Of a DNA stretch of 64,000 nucleotides, positions 19,500-29,023 are shown one piece after another; position 1 is the first letter of the stretch; every line of letters starts with the position of its first letter. Origin of the DNA: Armatimonadota bacterium (GTDB lineage Bacteria; Armatimonadota; SYMT01); contig JBKBRF010000033.1 in assembly GCA_046292385.1 (NCBI GenBank), positions 1-64,000 of the forward strand, written 5' to 3'. Below the pieces are notes generated by a model. That model saw nothing but the letters and a program-made list of their open reading frames with translations, searched no databases and had not been told where the DNA came from. The position numbers were made by a program, and so were the translations under genes.

Positions 19500-20108
19500 T
19501 CACTCTACAGTGCCGGCGCCGTGGGCGGCCGGGTCAAAACCGGCGGGCCAGCGGGTGCCGCGGTTAAAGCCGGCGCGTTCCAGGATGGCGCCAGTCAGGT
19601 TCGCACCGTCAAGGTTCGCGTCGTCCAACTGGGCGTCGGACAGGTTGGCGTTTGCCAGGTTGGCCCCCGAGAGGTCGGCGCCGCTGAGGTTCACCCCTTC
19701 GAGGCGCGCCCCGGTGAGATTGGCGCCGGGAAGGCGTGCCCGGGCGAGCTGGGAGCCGGTGAGAGAGGCGCCGGAGAGATCGGCGCGACTCAGGTCCGCT
19801 TCCGTCAGGTTCGCCGTGCGGAGGTTGGCGTTTCTCAGGTTCGCCCCGGCGAAGCTCCGGCCGTGGAGCGCTGCCCGCTCCAGGTTGGCCGGCCCGAGCC
19901 GACCGGGCAGGAGGAACCCGGCGACGGCCACCACTCCCACCGCGGCGGCCAGCAGCCAGCGGCTCTGGAGCGTCGCGATCCCATTCCGGATTCGTTCGCT
20001 CACCGGCGCGGGCGCCGCCGCCACGAGCTCGGCTCCGCAGTCATAGCAGGAGCTCTTCCCGGCCGGGTTGGGGGCGCCGCAGCGGCTGCAAGGGTTCATC
20101 CGGGACAT
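19500..20108 (-). CDS. Zinc-ribbon + TM + pentapeptide-repeat protein
   Basis: CSRCG...CYDCG; TM segment; A(N/D)L repeats; TRWPAGFDP tail. Confidence 0.88.
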   Translation of the reverse strand: MSRMNPCSRCGAPNPAGKSSCYDCGAELVAAAPAPVSERIRNGIATLQSRWLLAAAVGVVAVAGFLLPGRLGPANLERAALHGRSFAGANLRNANLRTANLTEADLSRADLSGASLTGSQLARARLPGANLTGARLEGVNLSGADLSGANLANANLSDAQLDDANLDGANLTGAILERAGFNRGTRWPAGFDPAAHGAGTVE

Positions 20109-20117
20109 TAGGCGCTC

Positions 20118-23100
20118 CTACCTCGCTCCGCCTGCCGCCGGCCGGACATCCGGCACGGTGACCGCGGCCTGGAACGGCCACATGCGTTGAACGCGCCGGC
20201 GATCGGTCTCGTTGAACGTGGCGGCGCGCCAGAGCCGCACCCTCCCGTCACCGGCTCCGGCGGCCAGCATGCGGCCGTCCGGGGAGAACACCGCCGAGTT
20301 GATGAAGTGAGAGCCGACGTCGAGCGAGGCGACCTCCCGGCGGGCAGTGACGTTGACGTTATAGATCTTGACCACCCGGTCGGTGCTGCCCACGGCCAGG
20401 CTGTTGCCGTCCGGCGAGAAGGCCACCGAGTAAATGTAGCCGTGGACCCCCTTCAGCGTTGCCGCGGGCAGCTCCGCTTTGCCGGCCCCGGGAACGGGCC
20501 GCGTCACGTCCCACAGGCTGACATTCCCGTCGGACTGGCCGGCGGCGATCAGCCTGCCGTTCGGTGAGAAAGCGATCGAAAGCGAGTAGCCGCCGCGAGG
20601 CGAGAGTATCCGGGGTGTCTGGTCCTCTCCCCTCGCGATCTCCCAGAGGCGGATGGTCCGATCCTGGCTGGAGCTGGCCACCATCCGTCCGTCCGGCGAG
20701 AATGCGACACACGCGACCGGTGCGGTATGCGCCTGCAGAGTGGCGATCTGGTGGACCGGGCGCTCGGCCACGTTCCAGAGCCGGACGTTGCAGTCTCCTT
20801 CCGCCGAGGCGAGGGTGCGGCCGTCGGGCGAGAAGGCGAGGGAGTAGATCCCGTGCGCGTGCCGCTTCAAGGGCCGGATCAACTCTTCTCGGGTCTCGAC
20901 GTCCCAGAGGCGAATGGTGCTGTCCGCGCCCGCCGTGGCGAGGGTGCGGCCGTCGGGGGAGAACGCCACGGAGAAGACGGCGTCCTTGTGCCCCTTGAAG
21001 GTAGCGGGCGTCTGGCTCCGGCCCCCGGACACCTCCCAGAGGTAGACGCTGCGGTCGAACCCCGCGGTCGCGAGCCTCTTGCTGTCGGGGGAGAACGCCA
21101 CCGCGGCGACGGTGTCGTCGTGGCGGGGGAGATGGTCCTGATCGGCGCTGACGGAGGAGGGCCACAGCTTCACGGTCCCGTCCGCGCCGGCGGAGGCGAG
21201 GGTTCTGCCATCCGGCGAGACAGCGACGCAGTGGACCTCCGCGCGGTGTCCAGCGAGTGTGCGGAGCAGCTCGCCACGCCCGTTGTCACGCGGGGTACTC
21301 ACGTCCCAGAGCATGATCGCGGTGTCCCAGCCGCCCGAGACCAGCATCTTGCCATCGGGGGAAAACGCCAGCGAATGCACGTTCGTGGAGTGGCCCCGAA
21401 AGCTTCGCAGCAGCTTGCGGGTGCGCACGTCCCAGAGTCGGCCGAACCCGTCCACTCCACCCGCCGCCAGGAGTGAGCCGTCGGGCGAGAGCGCAAGCGA
21501 GGTGAACGCCACCTGCCGGCGGCGGCTGTTGGCGGCGGCCCCGTCGAACGGCCGCTTTCGGAAGTTCGCGGTCGCGAAGATGCGTCCGTTGCTTAGCGTC
21601 CGGGCCCCGGGCTTCGCCTCCGCCAGGCTCCAGGTCCGGATCGTGTCGTCGCCGGCGGACGCGAGAGTCTTTCCGTCCGGAGTAAAGGCGACCACGAAGA
21701 CCCGGGCCGTATGTCCCGTCAGGGTCAGCGCGGTCTGGTCCTGACCCTTCACCATGTCCCACACCCGGATCGTCCGGTCGTCGCTGGCAGTCGCCACCTT
21801 CCCGCCGTCCGGGGAGAAGGCAACCGACCAGACGATGCCGTTATGCGCGGGAATGCTCATCACCTGGCGGCGGGAGGGGACATCCCAGATCCTGAGTGTG
21901 CCGTCCAGGCTTCCGGAGGCGAGTCGCCGTCCATCGGGTGAGAACGCGACGCAGTCCACCTCTTCCGTATGGCCGGTCAGGGTGGCGACTTCATGGCCCG
22001 TAGCCGCGTCCCACAGCCGCACCGTGCGGTCTCCGCCCGCGGAGGCGACACGGCGTCCGTCCGGGGAGAAGGCGACGGAGGTAACCACCCCTACGTGCCC
22101 GGTAAAGGTCGCGCTGGCCTCGCCCTGGCAGAGGCGCCAGAGATAGCGCCACTCGAACCCCCGCACGTCCGCGTCGCCGGGTCGGGGGCGGTGTCCTTCT
22201 AACAACTCCGCCGCCCGGGCAAGATCCCGCCGCTCCCAGGCGCGCTGGGCGAGGTTCATGTCCGCCGCGTAGAGGTAGTGCTCCGCCATCCGCCGATTCT
22301 GGGCTTCCCGCTGTGCCGTGCTGCGCTCCGAGAACGCCAGACCGCCGATGACCGCCATAATCGCGGATGAGACGGCGGCGGTGCGCAGGAGCCCCCGCCG
22401 GAACGCGGCTTTCTGGCGGCGCACCTCCGCATCCGGCATGTGCAGCCTGACCCAGTCCAGATCGAAGACCCGCTCGTAGATCCGGTTGCGGACGGCCAGG
22501 AATGCCCTGCACTTTCTTCTCGCGGGCAGTCCCACCTGATCGGCGACGCGGACGATCCCCGAGAGGCGCAGGAGGCTGACCAGAGGGTTGTTCTCGTCGC
22601 CGCTCACCCGCTTGCCGCGCCGCACCAGCCCGTAGAGATCCAGGAGGGCGGCGAGATCGACCTCGCTTCGCAGGAGACGGTCCCGCACGAAGAGCAGGTT
22701 GTCGTCCCGCTCCCGGGCGGCCAACGAGAGGAACAGCGCTTCGCAGACCCGATCCACGCCCGCGGCATCGCGGACGGTCCCATCCTGGACGACGGCCAGG
22801 CAGAGGCGCTGCGTCAGGTACGGGTGCCCGCCGGTCCAGAACAGAGTGCGCCGCAGCAGAAGGCCGGCGTGGCTCTTCCCCAGTCCCGGCACGTCGCGCT
22901 TCTCCAGGCCGAACGCCAGCGGCATGGCCTCCGCTTCGGTGAAGTCCGTGAGCTCGATCCGGCGGCCGATGTTGAACGGGGTGGTGCGGGTGTCCTGAAT
23001 CAGGTCCGAAGGAGAAGCGACGCCGAGCAGGCAGAAGGTGAGCCGCTCGTAGCGCGGGTCTTCCGACCGCCGGTTGAAGCAGGCGCGGAGAGCGGCGAAA

Positions 23101-23588
23101 AACTCGTCCGTGGAGAACGGGAGGGAGCGCACGGTATCGATCTCGTCGATGAAGATCACCAGCCGCTGGCCGGGTCCGCAGGAGAGCGTCACCACGGTGG
23201 GAAGCACCACCTCCCGGAGCGCCCGCACCCAGCGCTGCAGCGGGCTCAGGTGCGCGTGCTCCCTCCAGAACCGGTGCAACTCCCGCTCCAGGTCCAGCTG
23301 CTCGCCGATGATGCCCAGCAGCCCCTCGTACCACTGCTCGGGGGAGAGGTTCTGGCCTAGCGTGGTGAGGTCCAGGACTGCGACGCTCGTGCCCACCTCA
23401 CGCAGGCGCACCGCCGTGCGGACCATCAGGGAGCTCTTACCCATCTGCCGGGCGGTGAGGAGATAGCAATACTCCCCTTGCAGCAGCGCGTGGTACAGCT
23501 CGTCGTCCGCCCGTCGTTCCACGTACGAGGGCGCCTCCGGACGGAGGGTTCCCCCCGTGACGTAAAAGCTGGAAGTGAGCGTCTTCAC
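20118..23588 (-). CDS. AAA_35-type P-loop NTPase + hydrophobic segment + about 14 WD40 repeats
   Basis: FYVTGGTL..APSYVER.AD; ARQMGKSSL; IFIDEID; TPFNIG; 14 GH/AFSPDG/WD repeats. Confidence 0.93.
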   Translation of the reverse strand: MKTLTSSFYVTGGTLRPEAPSYVERRADDELYHALLQGEYCYLLTARQMGKSSLMVRTAVRLREVGTSVAVLDLTTLGQNLSPEQWYEGLLGIIGEQLDLERELHRFWREHAHLSPLQRWVRALREVVLPTVVTLSCGPGQRLVIFIDEIDTVRSLPFSTDEFFAALRACFNRRSEDPRYERLTFCLLGVASPSDLIQDTRTTPFNIGRRIELTDFTEAEAMPLAFGLEKRDVPGLGKSHAGLLLRRTLFWTGGHPYLTQRLCLAVVQDGTVRDAAGVDRVCEALFLSLAARERDDNLLFVRDRLLRSEVDLAALLDLYGLVRRGKRVSGDENNPLVSLLRLSGIVRVADQVGLPARRKCRAFLAVRNRIYERVFDLDWVRLHMPDAEVRRQKAAFRRGLLRTAAVSSAIMAVIGGLAFSERSTAQREAQNRRMAEHYLYAADMNLAQRAWERRDLARAAELLEGHRPRPGDADVRGFEWRYLWRLCQGEASATFTGHVGVVTSVAFSPDGRRVASAGGDRTVRLWDAATGHEVATLTGHTEEVDCVAFSPDGRRLASGSLDGTLRIWDVPSRRQVMSIPAHNGIVWSVAFSPDGGKVATASDDRTIRVWDMVKGQDQTALTLTGHTARVFVVAFTPDGKTLASAGDDTIRTWSLAEAKPGARTLSNGRIFATANFRKRPFDGAAANSRRRQVAFTSLALSPDGSLLAAGGVDGFGRLWDVRTRKLLRSFRGHSTNVHSLAFSPDGKMLVSGGWDTAIMLWDVSTPRDNGRGELLRTLAGHRAEVHCVAVSPDGRTLASAGADGTVKLWPSSVSADQDHLPRHDDTVAAVAFSPDSKRLATAGFDRSVYLWEVSGGRSQTPATFKGHKDAVFSVAFSPDGRTLATAGADSTIRLWDVETREELIRPLKRHAHGIYSLAFSPDGRTLASAEGDCNVRLWNVAERPVHQIATLQAHTAPVACVAFSPDGRMVASSSQDRTIRLWEIARGEDQTPRILSPRGGYSLSIAFSPNGRLIAAGQSDGNVSLWDVTRPVPGAGKAELPAATLKGVHGYIYSVAFSPDGNSLAVGSTDRVVKIYNVNVTARREVASLDVGSHFINSAVFSPDGRMLAAGAGDGRVRLWRAATFNETDRRRVQRMWPFQAAVTVPDVRPAAGGAR

Positions 23589-23716
23589 GCAGGTTCCTGG
23601 CTCTGTACCGGCTGCACCCGTCCGCTCCGCCGCGTCTGGGTGGCCACTCGCTCACCCACCCGCCATTCCGAGTCGCTGCTCTTCGTTCGAGGACCCGGCC
23701 CCGGCACGCTGCTGAT

Positions 23717-23787
23717 ACTGTAGCTGGGGTCCGTCTCGGAGCTCTCTCAAAACCAGCGTCTCCGCAAGTCTCTCAGAACTCTCTCAC
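23717..23787 (-). promoter_or_regulatory. SARP-box-type promoter 3: -10 TACAGT plus four direct repeats
   Basis: + strand: actgta 23717-22; gtctcgg 23733, ctctcaa 23744, ctctcag 23770, ctctcac 23781. Confidence 0.72.
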
Positions 23788-23805
23788 CACCGCGGGGGCG
23801 GGCTT

Positions 23806-25677
23806 TTACATGGCCAGCTTGCGGTGGAGGAAGCGAGCATAGACTTCACACCGAAGGCGCGCCGCACCCGATGCCTCTCCGGTGAGGACCCCGGCGCTGC
23901 GCAGGCGGAAGAAGCTCTCCGCGGAGGGGCACGGGTGTCCGTCCAGCACGGCGCGGAGCGCCTGGGTGAGGTCGGGATCCCGCGCCAGAGCGGCGAGCAA
24001 GCGGCGAAGGTGATCGCTGAAGATTCCTTCCTCTCGCTCCGCGTCGGCTTCGAAGGCATCGATCGGCCGCTGGCGCGGGTCCGACTCGGTCCCATGCCGC
24101 GTCGCCATCTCGTGGAGGCCGCGCCGCACGAGGTAGGGATGACCGCCCACCAGCCGGTAGAAGCGCCCCAGCTCCTTCGCGTCGCGGAGTGGCCCGCCGT
24201 ACCGGCTGTTGAGCTCCGCCACCTGGTCCCAGGTGAAGTCCTCCAGCACCAGGCGCGTCCCCACATTGAAGGGCGAATGGTTCAGGTCGCTGATGAAGAG
24301 GTGCGCCTCCGTGGCGTAGGCCATCGCGAGGGTCAGCCGGCCCCACGGCCCGGCGGGGTCCAGGGCTCGCTCGTTGTGCCACGAGCGGAAGATGCCAAAT
24401 ACCTCGCTGGCAAACCCGCACGAGAACAGCCGGTCCACTTCATCCAGCCCCCACACCAGGCGGGTCTCCAGCCGGCCCAGGACCTCCCGGCGCAGGTAGC
24501 GCCGGAGGCTCAGTCCTGCGCCGCCGCCTTCCCACGTCTCTGTGGGAACCCTATCTAGCTCCAACTGCTCGGAGATCCAGCTGGCGAGGACCCGGAACAG
24601 CGAGTCGGCCGAGGCAAGGTGCGCCTCGCTGAGGACCTGGAAATCGGTGAAGACCACCCGCGCTCCCGCCTCGCGCGCGTGCTGGAGCTCCCGGGCCAGG
24701 AGCGAGGTTTTGCCCACCTGGCGAGCGCCCTTTACCAGGACCAGGCTGTCCCCCCGCTTCACGGCCTGCCGGAACTCGCGATCCGCCGGGCGCGGCAGGT
24801 AGAACCGGGAGCCGAGCGGTACCGCCCCGCCGACCGGCTCCAGAAGCTCCCGGGGGACGGGGGGTAGAGAGGGCTCCGGCGCCGTGTCGCTCGCGCGCTC
24901 CGCTGGTACCGCCGTATGGGCGGGGCTGGCGGAGCCTCCCGCCAGCTCCGCGGCCAGTGCCCGGGTAGCGGCAGCTGGGGCAGCGTTCAACTCGCCCTTG
25001 AGGTGGGCCGCCAGCTCTTCGTAGTGGCGAAGCGCGGCGGCCGGCTGTCCCATCGCCGCGTGCAGCCGCATCACGGCGCGATGCGCGGTCTCGCGGAGTG
25101 GATCCGAATGCGCCGCGCGCAGGGCATAGAACAGCGCGCGCTCGTACTCCGCCATCTTCTCCAGCTCGGCGGAGAGCTGCTCCAGTGCCTGGAGCAGCAG
25201 CGAGCGAAGGCGGTGCTGCTCCGGAGGGATCCAGTCGTCATAGAACCCCGGCAGCAGCTCTCCCCGATGAAGATCCACCGCTTGCACCAGCAGGTCGATC
25301 CGCTCTTCGGACCTCGAAACGGAGCGGGCGGCCCGCAGCCCGGCCTCGAACTCCCAAACGTCCGTCGTCACCGCGGCCGGATCCAGATGGACGGAAAAGC
25401 GGTTGGTCACCAGCACGGCGCCGTCCGGCACTCCCGGGGGCTCCAGATCGCGCCGGAGAGAGGAGAGCGCGACACTCAGGTTGTGCCGGCTGGACTCGAC
25501 GCTGCCCTCCGGCCAGAGCAACCCGACCAGCACCTCGCGCGGATGACCGCGCGGAAGGTGGTAGGCCAGGTACGCCAACAGCGCCGCGGTCTTCTGAGTG
25601 CGGAATTGCGTGATCTCCCGCTGGCCCTGGTTCACCCGCAGCCCGCCGAGGAGTTGGATCCTGCATCGAGTCTCCAT
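23806..25677 (-). CDS. SARP-family transcriptional activator (winged HTH + BTAD) fused to an AAA_35 NTPase
   Basis: [76 protein letters not shown]. Confidence 0.92.
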   Translation of the reverse strand: METRCRIQLLGGLRVNQGQREITQFRTQKTAALLAYLAYHLPRGHPREVLVGLLWPEGSVESSRHNLSVALSSLRRDLEPPGVPDGAVLVTNRFSVHLDPAAVTTDVWEFEAGLRAARSVSRSEERIDLLVQAVDLHRGELLPGFYDDWIPPEQHRLRSLLLQALEQLSAELEKMAEYERALFYALRAAHSDPLRETAHRAVMRLHAAMGQPAAALRHYEELAAHLKGELNAAPAAATRALAAELAGGSASPAHTAVPAERASDTAPEPSLPPVPRELLEPVGGAVPLGSRFYLPRPADREFRQAVKRGDSLVLVKGARQVGKTSLLARELQHAREAGARVVFTDFQVLSEAHLASADSLFRVLASWISEQLELDRVPTETWEGGGAGLSLRRYLRREVLGRLETRLVWGLDEVDRLFSCGFASEVFGIFRSWHNERALDPAGPWGRLTLAMAYATEAHLFISDLNHSPFNVGTRLVLEDFTWDQVAELNSRYGGPLRDAKELGRFYRLVGGHPYLVRRGLHEMATRHGTESDPRQRPIDAFEADAEREEGIFSDHLRRLLAALARDPDLTQALRAVLDGHPCPSAESFFRLRSAGVLTGEASGAARLRCEVYARFLHRKLAM

Positions 25678-25927
25678 GCAGCCTCCTTGCCGCCCTGAAC
25701 GACGCCGCGCCACCCCGGTTTCCGGGAGCACCGGACAAACTGTTTCCCACATCGACTAAGACGCTTGTTCTCGCCAAAGGCAGACTCCTTGCTATATGCC
25801 ATGACGTGGGGAATACGGAGGGGTTCCGTCATCGGTTTTACGACGATGGGGTGCGACCGCACGGTGGAAGCTGCTTACAACGAGAGATTGCAAGCTGCAC
25901 GCGAGGGCGAGTCTCCGTTCAAGAGCA

Positions 25928-26170
25928 CTACTGCTCACTGGAGTAGCAGCAGGCACCTCCACCGGTGGTGGTTGGGATCCTGCTCCACGCCAGGGATGAC
26001 CGCACCAAACCAGGCGACAGAGGGTCCAGGTGCAACGCCTCGCCCGCAACCTGCGCCAGCCGCCAGACGAACCGCTCCAGGATCCGCGTGCGGTCCATGA
26101 GGGTCCGTCGGCTCCAGCCCTGGGCCTTGCCGGTGATCCAACGGCCAACGGCGCGATTGAGATCGACTCC
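25928..26170 (-). pseudogene. Likely remnant of a tyrosine recombinase/integrase N-terminal (core-binding) domain
   Basis: Hand translation LNRAVGRWITGKAQGWSRRTLMDRTRILERFVWRL...LDPLSPGLVRSSLAW; no clear start and no catalytic domain; about 190 bp from the tRNA 3' end. Confidence 0.5.
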
Positions 26171-26363
26171 GGACGCCGGGGCGCAGCGATGCGGGAGCTC
26201 CGGGCGGCGCCCGGGGTGGAGACGGAAACAGCCGCCCGCCCCAGTCGAGGGGTAGAGGGTCTGAGCTGCGTTTTCAGCTCCTATCGAAGGATCGAAGGAG
26301 CTGGCGGATCAGGGAGTAGATGCGCTGTTTGTGCCTGATGTGGGAATCGGCACCGCTGAAAAG

Positions 26364-26436
26364 TGGGTCGGCTGGGACTCGAACCCAGGACCACCTCCTT
26401 AAAAGGGAGATGCTCTACCGACTGAGCTACCGACCC
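26364..26436 (-). tRNA. tRNA-Lys (anticodon TTT), CCA not encoded
   Basis: Cloverleaf GGGTCGG-TA-GCTC AGTCGGTA GAGC-A-TCTCC CTTTTAA GGAGG-TGGTC-CTGGG TTCGAGT CCCAG-CCGACCC-A. Confidence 0.96.
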
Positions 26437-26480
26437 ATGCCCCGCGTGCGGAGGAGACCGTCCGACCGAAAGGCGCGCGT

Positions 26481-26489
26481 AGTATAGCA
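26481..26489 (-). promoter_or_regulatory. Extended -10 element for tRNA-Lys
   Basis: TGCTATACT about 45 bp upstream of the tRNA. Confidence 0.55.
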
Positions 26490-26659
26490 CACCGCGCGCC
26501 CGGCTGCTACCTCTTCCGCGCCGCCCCGCGCCGGCGGCGCCCCGGCGGGCGGACAGGGAGTGTAAACTGAGTCCGGCCGGGCAATACCTTCTCCTGGAGG
26601 CGCGCGCCTGGCTGCTCCGAGCCCCGGGGCTCGCGATCCGCGCCGGTGTCTGGTACTGC

Positions 26660-28117
26660 ATGGCTTTCCGACTGCTTTCCGCGCTCACCCTGGTACTCCT
26701 GCTGCTCGCCGTCGCTCCGGCCCCGGCCCGACCGGGAGCGGAGCCGGAGTCTCCCGATTTCCGCTGGCGCCTGCCGGTGCGCCCGGCGGCGCTCGAAGCC
26801 TCCGCCGGGGAGTTGCTGCCGGGGCCGGACGACGGCCCCCCGCAGCTCCGGTGGAGCCTCTCCCTCTCGCCCGGGCAGGCCGCCGAGCTGCGGGTGCCGA
26901 CCCGCCGCGCGCGGGACCGGGACCTGCTGCTATTCACGGTGGCGGACGTCGAGCCGAAGGTGCCGCTGCGGCTCACGCTGCTGGATGCGGACGGCGCCGC
27001 CGCGGCGGAGGAGCTGCTCTCCGCGGACGAGATCCGCGTGGCGCGGCAGCGAAGCCTGATCCTGCGGGAGGCGGACGGCCGTCCCGCGACGCTCCGCGTG
27101 GAGCTGGTACCGCCGGAGAACGGCAGCCCGCTGCCGGAGCGGGTGGAAGTCACCCTCTCCCGGATGCAGTTCTTCCGTCTCTCGGAGCGCTCCCGCCCGG
27201 ACGCCTGGCTCGTCGTCGGCGCCAGCCTGGAAGAAGCGGCGTTCAAGGACCCGGACCAGTTCTGGCGCGCCGTGCGGCGCCGCTACCCCCAGGCAGACCC
27301 GCTCTTGATCTCCCTGGCCCAGGGCGGCTGGGTCATCGACAACGCCCTCCGCCGGGCGCCGGAGACGCTGCGACGGCATCCCCAGATTCGGACGGTGCTG
27401 GTCCATATCGGCGGCAATGACATCACCCGCGCCCGCTACTACCCGAATGACGCCGGCCGCATCCGGGACCGGATGCGCGAGCTGCTCGAGCTTCTAAGTG
27501 GCGACGGCCGGCAGGTCTACCTTTCCCGGATGAGCTACCGGGCGTACAAGACCGAGCCGCGGGTGCCGCCGGAGTTCCACGGCTCCCTGCCGTACAACCA
27601 GATGATCTATGATCCGCTGATCCGCGAGTACTCCCCCGCGCTTCTCGATCCGCGCACGCTGCAGACGCGGATGGACCCGTACGACTACTTCCTCCGCCAC
27701 CCGGAAGAGCTGAGCCCGGACGGGGTCCACAACACCGAAAAGGGGCAGGAGAGCTGGATCCGGCTTTGGACCGACGCGGTCACCCCGCTGGTCTATGAGC
27801 CGGAGGTGCGCCGCGCCGCCCTCCGGGAAACGAGTGCTCGCCTGGCCGCCGAGGAGTCCCGGCGGAATTCCGCGAACCGTACTCTGAGCAGTCGCTCGGG
27901 GAAAGCAGGACGCGGAGCCGCCCAGCCGGCCCCGCCCGTTTCACAGAAGGGGAAGGGCCATGCGCAGGGCAGCACTCGGAGTGGTGGGGGTGGGAATCGC
28001 GGCAGCGGGCCTGCTGTGGCTCCGGCCCGTGGCGTCGGAGGTGAACCAGGTCAAGGAAGTAGCCCCCGGAGTGTTCTTCCACGAGGGGGATCTGCACGGG
28101 CACGGGCACTGCAATAA
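26660..28117 (+). CDS. Secreted SGNH/GDSL hydrolase-like protein; 3' end overlaps the next gene
   Basis: Signal peptide; VVGASL (block I variant), HIGGND (block III), PDGVH (block V). Confidence 0.75.
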   Translation: MAFRLLSALTLVLLLLAVAPAPARPGAEPESPDFRWRLPVRPAALEASAGELLPGPDDGPPQLRWSLSLSPGQAAELRVPTRRARDRDLLLFTVADVEPKVPLRLTLLDADGAAAAEELLSADEIRVARQRSLILREADGRPATLRVELVPPENGSPLPERVEVTLSRMQFFRLSERSRPDAWLVVGASLEEAAFKDPDQFWRAVRRRYPQADPLLISLAQGGWVIDNALRRAPETLRRHPQIRTVLVHIGGNDITRARYYPNDAGRIRDRMRELLELLSGDGRQVYLSRMSYRAYKTEPRVPPEFHGSLPYNQMIYDPLIREYSPALLDPRTLQTRMDPYDYFLRHPEELSPDGVHNTEKGQESWIRLWTDAVTPLVYEPEVRRAALRETSARLAAEESRRNSANRTLSSRSGKAGRGAAQPAPPVSQKGKGHAQGSTRSGGGGNRGSGPAVAPARGVGGEPGQGSSPRSVLPRGGSARARALQ

Positions 28118-29021
28118 CGCCTGGGTCGTCTTCGACGACTACGTGCTGGTGGTCGACGCCAACTTCCCCTCCGGCGCGCAGGTCGTTATCCCCAAGATTC
28201 AGGCGAGCACCCGGAAGCCGATCCGCTTCGCGTTCGACACCCACCACCACGGCGACCATGCCTACGGCAACCAGGTGTGGGTGGAGAACGGCGCGATCCC
28301 GGTGGCGCACGAGGGCGTGATCCGGGAGATGAAGAAGTACGAGACCGGCTACTACGGCAGCAAGCCGGGCCGCTGGGAAGAGGCGGCCCGGGACCGGCCG
28401 GACGTCGCCGCCAGCCGCCTGAAGCCGCCCACCCTCCTCTTCCCGAAGGAGCTGGTCTTCGATGACGGGAAGCACCGCCTGGAGCTGCGGCACTTCGGCG
28501 TCGCCCACACCCACGGCGACGGCTGGGGCTGGATGCCGAAGGAGAAGATCCTCTTCAGCGGCGACGCCTGCGTGAACGGCCCGTTCAACTACGTCGGCGA
28601 CGGCCACGTGGGCCAGTGGATCAAGACGCTGGAGGCGGCGCAGAAGCTGGGTGCCACGACCGTCGTCCCCGGCCACGGCCCGGTGGCGGACGGCTCGCTG
28701 CTCGAAGACCAGCGGCAGTTCTTCCTGGAGCTCTACCGCCACGGCCGGCGGCTGCACAGCACCACGAAGTCGCCCCGCGAGGCGCAGGAGCAGGTGGAGC
28801 GGATCAAGGCAGAGATCCGGAAGAAGCCGCGTATCGCGAAGTATGTCGGCGACTCCTTCGCGGCGCAGGTGGAGAAGGTCTATATCGAGCTGGGCGGCAC
28901 GCCGTTCCCGCCGAAGACCCTGGCCCGCCGCGCCCGCGAGACGCACGCCCGCGACCACCGCCTCCTCCTGCGGGACGCCCCTACGCAGCGCGGACCGTTC
29001 GTCGCGCGGAAAGGCAAGTAG
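27960..29021 (+). CDS. Metallo-beta-lactamase-fold hydrolase (cyclase-like), secreted
   Basis: DTHHHGDH, AHTHGD, LFSGD, VVPGHG. Confidence 0.9.
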   Translation: MRRAALGVVGVGIAAAGLLWLRPVASEVNQVKEVAPGVFFHEGDLHGHGHCNNAWVVFDDYVLVVDANFPSGAQVVIPKIQASTRKPIRFAFDTHHHGDHAYGNQVWVENGAIPVAHEGVIREMKKYETGYYGSKPGRWEEAARDRPDVAASRLKPPTLLFPKELVFDDGKHRLELRHFGVAHTHGDGWGWMPKEKILFSGDACVNGPFNYVGDGHVGQWIKTLEAAQKLGATTVVPGHGPVADGSLLEDQRQFFLELYRHGRRLHSTTKSPREAQEQVERIKAEIRKKPRIAKYVGDSFAAQVEKVYIELGGTPFPPKTLARRARETHARDHRLLLRDAPTQRGPFVARKGK

Positions 29022-29023
29022 CC

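Noticed and set aside
19500..20108. Pentapeptide protein as Qnr/MfpA-type quinolone resistance
   Set aside because: It is membrane-anchored with a zinc ribbon, unlike soluble Qnr proteins
27960..29021. MBL-fold gene as a true beta-lactamase
   Set aside because: Generic cyclase-like HxHxDH member with no specific support for resistance
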